NCBI GenBank assembly: GCA_022563195.1
Contig: JADFNV010000006.1
Coordinates: forward strand, 12,045 to 76,044
Length of the DNA stretch: 64,000 nt
Direction: 5' to 3'
Source: Pseudomonadota bacterium
Lineage (GTDB): Bacteria; Pseudomonadota; Gammaproteobacteria; Steroidobacterales; Woeseiaceae
A program made the position numbers and the translations under genes. The notes under the pieces were generated by a model. It made no database searches and was not told the origin of the DNA. It saw nothing but the letters and a program-made list of their open reading frames with translations. Each line of letters starts with the position of its first letter. The first letter of the stretch is position 1. Shown piece by piece: positions 18,552-28,024 of the stretch.

Positions 18552-20315
18552 ATGGCATACGTTGCAATTGCTGATCGCGATCACGAAATAGAGCACCACG
18601 ATCCGACGACATTTATCAGCAAGTACGTCTGGAGTCAGGACCACAAGGTCATTGCAATTCAGTACGGCATTACGGCGATGTTCGTTGGTCTGATCGCGTT
18701 GATCCTGTCAGGAATGATGCGCCTGCAGCTTGGCTTTCCGAATAGTTTTTCGTTTATAACGCCGACCGAGTACTACCAGTTCATTACGATGCACGGGATG
18801 ATCATGGTCATCTTCCTGTTGACGGCGCTGTTCCTGGGTGGCTTCGGCAATTACCTCATACCGTTGATGATCGGCGCGCGGGACATGGTATTCCCGTACA
18901 TGAACATGCTGAGCTATTGGCTATATCTCGTGTCCGTCATCATTCTGCTGTCGAGCTTTTTTGTCACCGGAGGGCCGACCGGAGCGGGCTGGACACTTTA
19001 TCCACCCCAGGCCATCCTTCCCGGCACCCCAGGCACGGACTGGGGCATCGTGCTTATGCTGGGGTCGCTCGCCGTGTTCATCGTGGCATTTACGATGGGC
19101 GGCCTGAACTATGTCACGACCATCCTGCAGGCGCGTGCGCGCGGCATGACGCTGATGAGAATGCCACTGTCGCTGTGGGGCATTTTCGTAGCAACCATTC
19201 TGGGCCTTCTGGCCTTTCCGGCCTTGTTCGTCAGCGCCGTAATGATGACGCTGGACAAAGCAGCCGGCACTAGCTTCTTCATGCCCGCCATCATGTCGAT
19301 GGGGGAAACAATGAGTCACGAGGGCGGCAGCCCAATACTATTCCAGCACCTGTTCTGGTTCTTCGGCCATCCTGAAGTGTATATTGTCGCACTGCCAGCA
19401 TTTGGTCTGGTCTCGGACCTTCTCAGCACGCATGCGAGAAAAAATATCTTCGGCTATCGCATGATGGTCTGGGCGATACTCGCAATCGGCGGACTCAGTT
19501 TTATCGTCTGGGCTCACCATATGTACGTCAGCGGCATGAATCCTTATTTCGGATTCTTCTTTGCGACAACGACATTGATCATTGCGGTGCCAACAGCAAT
19601 CAAAGTCTACAACTGGGTATTGACTTTGTGGAAGGGAAATATCCACCTGAACACACCGATGCTGTTTGCTATCGGCTTCATATTCACTTTCACGCATGGT
19701 GGACTGACCGGCATTTTCCTGGGCAACGTGGTTGTCGATCTACCGTTGTCCGACACCTATTTTGTCGTCGCACATTTCCATATGGTGATGGGTGTATCGC
19801 CCGTGCTGGTCGTGTTCGGCTCGATTTACCACTGGTATCCGAAGATCACGGGCAGGATGTTCAACGAGACGCTCGGCAAGTGGCATTTCTGGCTCACGTT
19901 CCTCGGCACCTATGCCATATATTTACCGATGCATTATCTTGGTTTCCTAGGAGTACCGCGGCGCTATTTCGCAATGGGCGACACTGAGTTCATACCTGAG
20001 TCCGCGTTCGTGTTGAACCAGAGTATTACGATATCGGCTCTGTTTGTCGGCGTAGTTCAGCTGCTGTTCCTGTACAACATGATCGTGAGCCTCAAGAAGG
20101 GCAAACCGGCCGGACCAAACCCGTGGCGAGCAACGACACTCGAGTGGCAGACTCCTGATACGCCACCGAAGCATGGCAACTGGGGCCACAGTTTGCCAGT
20201 CGTACATCGCTGGGCATACGACTACAGCGTGCCCGGTTACCACGACGACTTTATTCCGCAAAACGTACCCGCCGACGCAGCGCCGGTGACGGAAGAGCAC
20301 GGACCTGATACATGA
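18552..20315 (+). CDS. coxA: Heme-copper oxidase subunit I (type A1)
   Basis: SQDHKVI, TMHG, GWTLYPP, FFGHPEVY, WAHHM, VAHFH, PRRY. Confidence 0.97.
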   Translation: MAYVAIADRDHEIEHHDPTTFISKYVWSQDHKVIAIQYGITAMFVGLIALILSGMMRLQLGFPNSFSFITPTEYYQFITMHGMIMVIFLLTALFLGGFGNYLIPLMIGARDMVFPYMNMLSYWLYLVSVIILLSSFFVTGGPTGAGWTLYPPQAILPGTPGTDWGIVLMLGSLAVFIVAFTMGGLNYVTTILQARARGMTLMRMPLSLWGIFVATILGLLAFPALFVSAVMMTLDKAAGTSFFMPAIMSMGETMSHEGGSPILFQHLFWFFGHPEVYIVALPAFGLVSDLLSTHARKNIFGYRMMVWAILAIGGLSFIVWAHHMYVSGMNPYFGFFFATTTLIIAVPTAIKVYNWVLTLWKGNIHLNTPMLFAIGFIFTFTHGGLTGIFLGNVVVDLPLSDTYFVVAHFHMVMGVSPVLVVFGSIYHWYPKITGRMFNETLGKWHFWLTFLGTYAIYLPMHYLGFLGVPRRYFAMGDTEFIPESAFVLNQSITISALFVGVVQLLFLYNMIVSLKKGKPAGPNPWRATTLEWQTPDTPPKHGNWGHSLPVVHRWAYDYSVPGYHDDFIPQNVPADAAPVTEEHGPDT

Positions 20316-20977
20316 CGATCATACTCGTACTTCTCGCCATCATCATGGCGACCGTTATCGGGTGGCTGTTGCGCCAGTCTTTGAGCTCGGAGCCGTGGAA
20401 CGCGAATGATCCTGTTGAAAATCAGCCGGGCCGGGGTGTCTTAAATGTAGATCCCGCAAAGATCGGCTTATGGTCTTTTATGGCGGTGGTCACATCGTTG
20501 TTCGCGTTATTCATGAGCGCCTACATGATGCGCATGAATCTCGGCGACTGGCGTCCGCTGACTGAACCTGTGTTGCTCTGGGCGAACACCGCGGTCCTCG
20601 TACTGGCCAGTTTCGCCTTTCAACTGGCGCGCAATGCTGCGACCAGGGGACAGCTCACCGCCGTAAAAACCTGGCTGCTCATAGGCGGAGTGAGTACCGC
20701 ATTGTTTCTGTTGGGCCAACTTGTCGCATGGCAACAATTGAACGCGGCCGGATATTATTTGACCAGCAACCCGGCCAATGCCTTTTTCTACCTGCTCACC
20801 GCGCTGCATGGACTGCATTTGCTGGGTGGCATGTGGGTCTGGGGCCGGACGACAATTCGGGCTTTGAGCGGTGCGAATGTCGAAAGTGTGTGCTTGAGCG
20901 TCGAACTGTGCACCGTCTATTGGCACTATTTACTACTCGTCTGGATCGGATTGTTCGGTTTGCTGTTATCTACGTAG
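20312..20977 (+). CDS. Heme-copper oxidase subunit III-like (first paralogue)
   Basis: LWANT..L..S, FFYLLTALHGLHLLGG, YWHYLLLVW. Confidence 0.9.
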   Translation: MTIILVLLAIIMATVIGWLLRQSLSSEPWNANDPVENQPGRGVLNVDPAKIGLWSFMAVVTSLFALFMSAYMMRMNLGDWRPLTEPVLLWANTAVLVLASFAFQLARNAATRGQLTAVKTWLLIGGVSTALFLLGQLVAWQQLNAAGYYLTSNPANAFFYLLTALHGLHLLGGMWVWGRTTIRALSGANVESVCLSVELCTVYWHYLLLVWIGLFGLLLST

Positions 20978-20991
20978 AAGGATAAGGACAT

Positions 20992-21663
20992 ATGTCTGAA
21001 GCTGTATTGACTGAGACCGGAAGTGGCACCGTAGCCGACTTCTCTGCAGATAAACAGACATTTCATGTGCCCTGGGGCAAGGCCATGATGTGGTTCTTCC
21101 TCCTGAGCGATACTTTTATCTTCGGCAGCTTCCTGACCGGTTACATGACGGTACGAATGTCTGCCAGAGACGCCTGGCCCGTTCCGAGTGAGGTGTTTGC
21201 GCTGTCATTTGGCGGCGAACCCATTCCTCTTATACTGATCGCAATCATGACGTTCATCCTGATCTCATCGAGCGGCACGATGGCAATGGCCGTCAAAATG
21301 GGCTATCGCGGGGAAAAGAACAAAGCATTCTGGCTCATGCTGGCCACCGCGGGATTCGGCGTGATGTTCGTCAGCATGCAGGCGTTCGAATGGACCAAAC
21401 TGATCGTGGACGACGGCGTGCGTCTCTGGAGCAATCCGATGGGTGCGTCCCAGTTCGGCTCGACCTTTTTCATGATTACGGGGTTTCACGGGCTGCATGT
21501 AAGCGTTGGCGTGATCTACCTGATCGTCACTGCCCGTAGAGTCAAATCCGGCTTCTATGACAGAACGCGCGGCAATTACGAAATGGTGGAAATAACCGGG
21601 CTGTACTGGCATTTCGTCGATCTCGTCTGGGTTTTCATCTTCGCGTTTTTCTATCTTTGGTAG
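20992..21663 (+). CDS. Heme-copper oxidase subunit III (second paralogue)
   Basis: KAMMWFFLLSDTFIF, QAFEW, ITGFHGLHV, GLYWHFVDLVWVFIF. Confidence 0.92.
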   Translation: MSEAVLTETGSGTVADFSADKQTFHVPWGKAMMWFFLLSDTFIFGSFLTGYMTVRMSARDAWPVPSEVFALSFGGEPIPLILIAIMTFILISSSGTMAMAVKMGYRGEKNKAFWLMLATAGFGVMFVSMQAFEWTKLIVDDGVRLWSNPMGASQFGSTFFMITGFHGLHVSVGVIYLIVTARRVKSGFYDRTRGNYEMVEITGLYWHFVDLVWVFIFAFFYLW

Positions 21664-21686
21664 GTTTCCGGTAAGAGGTTTTTCAC

Positions 21687-22028
21687 ATGGCGCAGGATAG
21701 TGGACAAGAACACCCCCTTAGTCTTTATTTCGGCATCTGGGGACTGTTGTTCGTATTAAGTTTTTTCTCTTACATGGTGGACTACATGAATTTCCAGGGC
21801 GGCCTGCGCTGGACCTTGATTCTCATCTTCATGTTTTTGAAAGCAGGGTTCATCGTCGCCATTTTCATGCACCTGGCCTGGGAGCGGCTGGCACTGAAGA
21901 TCGTAATTCTCGGTCCGCCGGTTGCCTTGATGGTTCTTGTCCTGTTGATGACCTACGAGTCGGACTATACGTTTAACACAAGGCTGGAGTTTTCCGGTGC
22001 CAGCACTATGCAGCCAGTTCACCACTAG
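21687..22028 (+). CDS. Cytochrome c oxidase subunit IV family protein
   Basis: Three TM helices; KAGFIVAIFMHLAWE motif; last gene of the cox operon. Confidence 0.88.
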   Translation: MAQDSGQEHPLSLYFGIWGLLFVLSFFSYMVDYMNFQGGLRWTLILIFMFLKAGFIVAIFMHLAWERLALKIVILGPPVALMVLVLLMTYESDYTFNTRLEFSGASTMQPVHH

Positions 22029-22102
22029 TACTCCGTCGAGGTGATATTGATGGGCAAGCTAGCGAATGCGAAGGGCTGGTGTTCTGTCTGGGTCCCCAAG
22101 CC

Positions 22103-22354
22103 CTAGAAAATTGTCTCCGCCATCGCGAGTATAACCATAGCAACAAGAATCAGGACCGGGACCAGCGTCCAGATAAATTCGATCAGTGTGCTGCTGGCAA
22201 ATGAAGCCGGTGCGGGATCTAATGATCGCCGATGGGCAAACATCGTGTAAAACATAGCGGCAATCACGATAATGCCGACTACGACGCATACCCACAGACC
22301 CATGGTGTGAATCTGCTGCAGGCGCACACTGATATCAGTGACGCCCGGGCTCAT
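22103..22354 (-). CDS. Stand-alone CoxII transmembrane-hairpin protein (or coxB remnant)
   Basis: MSPGVTDIS..LQQIH...WVCVVVGIIV...MFAHRRS...F.SSTLIEFIWTLVPVLILVAM resembles the N-terminal TM domain of canonical aa3 CoxB; no CuA domain. Confidence 0.65.
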   Translation of the reverse strand: MSPGVTDISVRLQQIHTMGLWVCVVVGIIVIAAMFYTMFAHRRSLDPAPASFASSTLIEFIWTLVPVLILVAMVILAMAETIF

Positions 22355-22459
22355 GCTCGCCGCGCTCTGCTGGAGGATTTTTGCAAAGTTTTCTCTTCGT
22401 TTCTAAGTGTATTGCCTGTAGCCATGGCCGCTGGTGCCACCGCCATGCTACCGCAACGG

Positions 22460-23581
22460 TCAGGCCACCTTCAAGGCGTCCTCTGACGGCAGGTATTCAT
22501 AACCGAGCTCGTGAGCGACAGCCTCGTGATTGATACGCCCGGCATGAACGTTCAGGCCATTGGCCAAATGCGGGTCTGCGATCAGCGCCTCGCGCCACCC
22601 CCGGTTTGCCAGCGCCTTGACGAAAGGCAAGGTCGCATTGGTTAGCGCAAAGGTGCTGGTACGCGGTACCGCGCCAGGCATGTTGGTGACGCAATAGTGC
22701 ACGACATCGTCGACGATAAAAGTGGGTTCCGCGTGTGTCGTTGGACGACTGGTTTCGAAGCATCCACCCTGGTCAATCGAAATGTCGACGAGTACCGCGC
22801 CCCGGTGCATGTCCACAACATTTTGCGCGGTGACGAGCTTAGGCGCAGCGGCGCCCGCCACCAGGACGGCGCCAACAACGAGATCCGCTTCTGGAACGAG
22901 ACGATCGATTTCGTGCCTGGTCGAGTACACGGTATGAATACGCCCGCCCCAGATATCATCGATCTCGCGAAGCCTCGGCAGGGACCGATCGAGAATGGTC
23001 ACGTGTGCGCCGAGACCGATGGCCATGTGTGCGGCATTGGTGCCAGCGACACCACCGCCGATGATGACGACCTTGCCCGGCTCCACGCCCGGCACACCGC
23101 CAAGCAATACGCCGCGACCACCGTTTGCTTTTTGTAATGCGAACGCGCCGCTCTGAATGGCAAGCCGTCCCGCAACTTCGGACATTGGCGTCAATAGCGG
23201 TAAAGAACCGTCGCCCGCCGTTACGGTCTCGTAAGCAATCGCCGTCGTGCCGGCATTCACGAGCCCCTTGGTCTGCGCAGGATCTGCGGCCAAATGCAGA
23301 TACGTAAACAATACCTGGTCTTTCCGAAGCATCGCGCACTCGTTAATTTGAGGTTCCTTAACCTTGACAATCATGTCAGCAAGCGCAAACACCTCCTCGG
23401 GCCTCGCTAACACTGTTGCGCCAGCGGCCTCGTAATCTGCGTCGGTCATGCCGATGCCCGCGCCGGCATTCGTCTCCACGACTACTTCGTGGCCGTCGTG
23501 CACGAGTTCGACAACACCCGCTGGCGTCATGCCAACGCGGAACTCGAGTGTCTTGATTTCTTTGGGTATCCCGATCTTCAT
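22460..23581 (-). CDS. ald: Alanine dehydrogenase
   Basis: [57 protein letters not shown]. Confidence 0.97.
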   Translation of the reverse strand: MKIGIPKEIKTLEFRVGMTPAGVVELVHDGHEVVVETNAGAGIGMTDADYEAAGATVLARPEEVFALADMIVKVKEPQINECAMLRKDQVLFTYLHLAADPAQTKGLVNAGTTAIAYETVTAGDGSLPLLTPMSEVAGRLAIQSGAFALQKANGGRGVLLGGVPGVEPGKVVIIGGGVAGTNAAHMAIGLGAHVTILDRSLPRLREIDDIWGGRIHTVYSTRHEIDRLVPEADLVVGAVLVAGAAAPKLVTAQNVVDMHRGAVLVDISIDQGGCFETSRPTTHAEPTFIVDDVVHYCVTNMPGAVPRTSTFALTNATLPFVKALANRGWREALIADPHLANGLNVHAGRINHEAVAHELGYEYLPSEDALKVA

Positions 23582-23718
23582 GAGCTCTCTCCCTTTCTCG
23601 CGATCCTTGCTGCCACAATACCGCGGTAATTACGCTATTTCCGTGCATTATTGATGACTTATGGCTATAAATATGGCATTTTCCTCGGTTATATGATGCT
23701 TTTGAGCAATATTCTGCT

Positions 23719-24180
23719 ATGACGCTTGACCGATTTGATAAGGTGATTCTGGAGGCCCTGCAACGCGACGGCCGCATTAGTAATGTGCAACTTGCCGCAC
23801 TGGTGAACTTGTCGGAGTCGGCCTGCCTGCGACGCGTGCGTGCGCTCGAGGACGACGGTTTCATCGATCGATATGCCGCTCTCGTCAGTCAGCGAAAAGC
23901 CGGCCTGCCGGGTAATATTTTTGTCCACATCGGTCTGCACCGCGAAGAACAAAGTGAGCTCGACGCTTTCGAAGAAGCCGTCAGGAACATTCCCGAGGTC
24001 ATGGAATGCTACCTGATGACGGGTGAGTTCGATTACCTGTTACGCGTGGTCGTGTCGGACATGGCCGATTTCGAACGCCTGCACAAGGAAGCACTGACTC
24101 GCTTGCCCGGCGTTGCCCGCGTGAATTCGAGTGTTGCTATTCGAACAGTGCAGAAAAAGACAGAATTGCCGTTGCGGTAG
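23719..24180 (+). CDS. Lrp/AsnC regulator (AldR-like), divergent from ald
   Basis: LQRDGRISNVQLA..VNLSESACLRRVRALE HTH; ECYLMTGEFDYLLRV. Confidence 0.92.
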   Translation: MTLDRFDKVILEALQRDGRISNVQLAALVNLSESACLRRVRALEDDGFIDRYAALVSQRKAGLPGNIFVHIGLHREEQSELDAFEEAVRNIPEVMECYLMTGEFDYLLRVVVSDMADFERLHKEALTRLPGVARVNSSVAIRTVQKKTELPLR

Positions 24181-24202
24181 AGTGTCAACAGACGCGTAAA
24201 CG

Positions 24203-25132
24203 ATGACAGACGATGACGCACTGCGCGAGATTATTGAAGGCTTACAGCAAGCCGAGAAAATGATCTCGCCGAAATATTTTTACGATGAGCGAGGTTCGCA
24301 GCTCTTCGATAAAATTACGCAACTCCCGGAGTACTACCCGACCGAAACCGAACTCGGCATCATGCGCGCCAACATCGATGAGTTCGCACAACTCATGGGA
24401 CCGCAGGCAAGCCTGATAGAGTTTGGCAGCGGCTCCAGTCGCAAGACTCGTGTATTGCTCAAAAACCTGATCGAACAGGCCGTCTATGTTCCCGTCGACA
24501 TTTCGGAACAGCACTTACTCGAGTCAGCGCGGCGGTTGCGATCTGAATTTCCCGACCTGGAGATTCTGCCAGTCGTCGCGGACTTTACGCGGCCGTTCGA
24601 ACTGCCCAGTCCAACTGTCATGCCGCTGCGTAACATCGTTTACTTTCCTGGTTCGACGATCGGCAATTTTACGCACGACGCAGCGATTGAGTTACTGAAA
24701 GTCATGCACCACGGGGCCGGAAATGGTGGTGCGATGCTCATCGGTGTCGACCTGCAGAAAGACCCAAACATCATAGAGCGGGCCTACAACGACAGTGCCG
24801 GGGTTACCGCGGAATTCAATCTCAACGTATTGCGGCGACTCAACCGGGAGTACGATTCTGACTTTGACCTGGACGCCTTCACCCATAAGGCACGCTACAA
24901 TTCGGATGCAGGCCGAATCGAGATGCGCCTCATCAATTCGTGCGACCAGATCGTCAATGTTGGCACGGAAGTCATATCGATTACCGCGGGTGAAGGCATA
25001 CTGACGGAGTACTCGCACAAGTACACGCTGGATGGATTTGCGGCGATGGCTGAAAGCGCCGGGTTCAGAGTTGCGAAGGTCTGGACCGACGCCGACGAGT
25101 TATTCAGCATCCAGTATTGTGTGCGCACCTGA
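24203..25132 (+). CDS. egtD: L-histidine N-alpha-trimethyltransferase (EgtD family)
   Basis: PKYFYDERGSQLF, EYYPTETE, EFGSGSSRKT, FPGSTIGNF, AYNDSAGVTAEFN, TEYSHKY. Confidence 0.92.
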   Translation: MTDDDALREIIEGLQQAEKMISPKYFYDERGSQLFDKITQLPEYYPTETELGIMRANIDEFAQLMGPQASLIEFGSGSSRKTRVLLKNLIEQAVYVPVDISEQHLLESARRLRSEFPDLEILPVVADFTRPFELPSPTVMPLRNIVYFPGSTIGNFTHDAAIELLKVMHHGAGNGGAMLIGVDLQKDPNIIERAYNDSAGVTAEFNLNVLRRLNREYDSDFDLDAFTHKARYNSDAGRIEMRLINSCDQIVNVGTEVISITAGEGILTEYSHKYTLDGFAAMAESAGFRVAKVWTDADELFSIQYCVRT

Positions 25133-25276
25133 CCTGTAGGGATTGAGCCCCTGTAGTTAGTATTATCCACGCCGCAACGAGATTTGCTGTGGGCATTGTC
25201 ACAACCTCAGCTGTGAATACGTCTTTGGTATTTACATATTCTACCTACGCGAAAGAACGTGAGGGCGAAACCGTCC

Positions 25277-26146
25277 CTAAGGATATACCTCGGGCACAAA
25301 GGTCTGATCCGACAACGGCGGCCGCACATAGCTCGCTCCCGGATCGCGCTCGGGCAGCTCTATCGCGGGCGGCGTGAGGTCTTCGTACTCGAATGACTTG
25401 AGTAGATGGTGGATACAATTGAGCCGCGCGTGCTTTTTGACATCCGCGTTGACTACGTACCACGGTGCTTGCTCAATGTCGGTGTGCACGAAGTTTTCGT
25501 CCTTTGCGCGCGAGTACTCGACCCAACGCTGGCGTGACTCAAGATCCATTGGGCTGAGCTTCCAGTGCTTGTGCGGCATATCGATGCGGCCCTGGAACCT
25601 TTTCTCCTGCTCCTCGTCGGACACGGAGAACCAGTACTTGATGAGGACGATGCCGGAGCGCACCAGCATGCGCTCGAACTCCGGGCAGGATCGAAGGAAT
25701 TCGTGGTACTCGTCGTCGGTGCAGAAGCCCATAACTCGCTCGACGCCGGCGCGATTGTACCAGCTGCGATCGAGCAGGACGATTTCGCCCGCAGCGGGCA
25801 AGTGCGCAACGTAGCGTTGAAAGTACCACTGCGTCTTCTCGCGCTCCGTGGGCGCGGGCAGCGCGACCACGCGACAGATGCGTGGGCTGAGGTGCTCGGT
25901 GATCCGCTTGATGACGCCGCCCTTGCCGGCAGCATCCCGGCCCTCGAATATGACGACCACCCTGAGCCCCTCGTGGACGATCCAACGTTGCAGCTTGACC
26001 AGCTCGAGCTGCAGGCGGAACAGCTCCTTCTCGTAAACCTTGTTTTTAATCTTGCGGCGTTTTTCAGGGGCGGCTGCCGGTTTCGTCCCATCTCGGCTCT
26101 TTACTGCTTTATTCTTTTTCGAGCGGTTCTCCTTGGCATTTGTCAT
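25277..26146 (-). CDS. ppk2: Polyphosphate kinase 2
   Basis: FEGRDAAGKGG, QWYFQRY, DRSWYNRAGVERVMG, WKLSPMD. Confidence 0.96.
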   Translation of the reverse strand: MTNAKENRSKKNKAVKSRDGTKPAAAPEKRRKIKNKVYEKELFRLQLELVKLQRWIVHEGLRVVVIFEGRDAAGKGGVIKRITEHLSPRICRVVALPAPTEREKTQWYFQRYVAHLPAAGEIVLLDRSWYNRAGVERVMGFCTDDEYHEFLRSCPEFERMLVRSGIVLIKYWFSVSDEEQEKRFQGRIDMPHKHWKLSPMDLESRQRWVEYSRAKDENFVHTDIEQAPWYVVNADVKKHARLNCIHHLLKSFEYEDLTPPAIELPERDPGASYVRPPLSDQTFVPEVYP

Positions 26147-26157
26147 CGTCGTTGCTC

Positions 26158-26430
26158 CTACGACTTTGGGGGCACGTACTCCTTCGGTGCAGCCGAGCCT
26201 TCACCGAAGAAATACTTTTCCATTTCTTTTTCGAGAAAACTGCGCGCTTCGGGTTCGATCGGCGTCAATCGATATTCGTTAATCAGCATTTTCTGGTGCT
26301 CGACCCAGCGTTGCCATGCCTGCTTTGAGACATTGTCATAAATACGCTGACCCAGTTCACCTGGATACGGCGCATAGTCGAGACCCTCGGCCTCCTCGCC
26401 CATGAGGGCGCAGTTAACTGTTCGTGACAT
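26158..26430 (-). CDS. yggX: Fe(II)-trafficking / oxidative damage protection protein
   Basis: RTVNC...[34 protein letters not shown]; downstream of mutY. Confidence 0.95.
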   Translation of the reverse strand: MSRTVNCALMGEEAEGLDYAPYPGELGQRIYDNVSKQAWQRWVEHQKMLINEYRLTPIEPEARSFLEKEMEKYFFGEGSAAPKEYVPPKS

Positions 26431-27472
26431 GTTGTTCCGCTCTCAATTGATCGATCAGCTTTCGCACCGGCGCGGCGATGCCGCCCGGCGGTTTTTCTTC
26501 CAGGCGATACCATCTGACGTCCGCTGTGTCGGCTACTCTACGCGACGAGGCGTTGATGCGCACAACAATGGGCCGAATATCGAGATCGTAGTGACTGAAG
26601 CTGTGCCGCAACGTGTCCCGGGGTTCTACGTCACAGCGGCTGTTTTCCAGGTTGCGACGGCACCAGTCATCCACACTGTCATCGTCCATCTCAGGCAAGC
26701 TCCATAGTCCGCCCCAGATACCTGCAGCCGGTCGTCGCTCAAGGTAGATCGAATCGTTCCTGACGGCGAGCACCATCGTTGTTTTCCTGAGAGGTTTGTC
26801 CTTTTTCAGTTTTATCCCCGGATACTGGCTGATCGCATCGCGCAAGCGCGCACTGCAGTCCGCGCGTACCGGACACTCATCGCAAAGTGGCCTGCGACGC
26901 AGACAGATCGTCGCGCCGAGGTCCATGATGGCTTGTGTATACGCCGCGACACGACCATCCGGTGTGTTTTTTTCCGCGGCATCCCAAAGCCGCCTGGCTG
27001 TGGGGGTGTTGCCGGGCCAGCCTGCAATCGCGTTATGGCGAGCCAAAACGCGTTTGACGTTGCCATCGAGAATAGCGTGACGCTGCCCGAACGCCAGCGA
27101 CAGGATTGCGCCAGCGGTGGACCGACCGATACCCGGTAGCGCTACTACCAATTCGAACTGATCGGGAAACACGCCGCCGTGTTCGTCTCGCACCGTCTGC
27201 GCGGCCTGGTGCAGGTTTCGAGCGCGCGCATAGTAGCCGAGGCCCGACCACTGGTGCAAGACATCGTCTAAAGCCGCATCAGCCAGACTATTGATATCCG
27301 GAAAGCTCTGCAGGAACCGCCTGTAGTACGGGACTACGGTCTGCACCTGGGTTTGCTGCAACATGATTTCCGACACCCAGACTCGATATGCGTCCACTGG
27401 GTGTTGCCACGGCAATTCTTTGCGGCCGTGCTCCTCATACCACAGCAACACCCTGCTGGCGAAATCACTCAT
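26414..27472 (-). CDS. mutY: A/G-specific adenine glycosylase
   Basis: [44 protein letters not shown]-x6-C-x2-C-x5-C cluster motif. Confidence 0.97.
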   Translation of the reverse strand: MSDFASRVLLWYEEHGRKELPWQHPVDAYRVWVSEIMLQQTQVQTVVPYYRRFLQSFPDINSLADAALDDVLHQWSGLGYYARARNLHQAAQTVRDEHGGVFPDQFELVVALPGIGRSTAGAILSLAFGQRHAILDGNVKRVLARHNAIAGWPGNTPTARRLWDAAEKNTPDGRVAAYTQAIMDLGATICLRRRPLCDECPVRADCSARLRDAISQYPGIKLKKDKPLRKTTMVLAVRNDSIYLERRPAAGIWGGLWSLPEMDDDSVDDWCRRNLENSRCDVEPRDTLRHSFSHYDLDIRPIVVRINASSRRVADTADVRWYRLEEKPPGGIAAPVRKLIDQLRAEQHVTNS

Positions 27473-28020
27473 CGCTGCCATTCCTGCGCGATCGCCTCGA
27501 TACGATCAATTGCCCCGCCGCCATCGCGGTGCAGTTTTCGCTTGATGATATAGGGACCGATGATGGGGGGAACCCAGAACTTCGGCTCGAATTCGAGATC
27601 ATAAGTCACTATCGTACCCGATCCTTCCGTGCGAAATTTCCACATCTCTTCGCTAATATGAAAATCGCTGAGCTCAGGGTTGGCTATCGCTCGAATGAAT
27701 TTAAAGGGCTCATGTTCGACATAGCCGCTGCGCTCAAACGACGTGCAGAAGAACAGTACACAACCACGATTGCGCGTGAAAAATTGCCGCCGGCCGTTGG
27801 CGTCAGGCTCGATGTCGCGCGATTCAATGATCGCTTTGGAAAACTGCGTCGAGACGTCCCAGTCCAAAAACACGGCATACAATGACTCTATGCTGACAGC
27901 AAACCACACCTCGGAATGCATGACATAGCGATCATCGACGAGCTCGACTTCGATGCTGCGCATCTCGGCAGCTCCGGCCGAAAACGAGAACAGCAACAGA
28001 CATAGGCAAGTTCTCCACAT
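27469..28020 (-). CDS. Exported SRPBCC/START-fold hypothetical protein
   Basis: Signal peptide; GCVLFFC and EPKFWVPPIIGP motifs. Confidence 0.65.
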   Translation of the reverse strand: MWRTCLCLLLFSFSAGAAEMRSIEVELVDDRYVMHSEVWFAVSIESLYAVFLDWDVSTQFSKAIIESRDIEPDANGRRQFFTRNRGCVLFFCTSFERSGYVEHEPFKFIRAIANPELSDFHISEEMWKFRTEGSGTIVTYDLEFEPKFWVPPIIGPYIIKRKLHRDGGGAIDRIEAIAQEWQR

Positions 28021-28024
28021 GTCG

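Noticed and set aside
25133..25156. CCTGTAG repeated twice after egtD
   Set aside because: Possibly a decayed GTAG REP, but it lacks the GGAGCCCGC body; insufficient evidence.
25277..26146. ppk2 seems more GC3-rich than its neighbours (possible lateral acquisition)
   Set aside because: Impression only; cannot be quantified without codon-usage computation, and no mobility signatures flank it.
25565..26341. Long antisense ORFs (also 1403-2245, 33185-33877, 56394-57059, 62188-62862)
   Set aside because: Shadow frames of well-supported genes, expected in GC-rich coding DNA.
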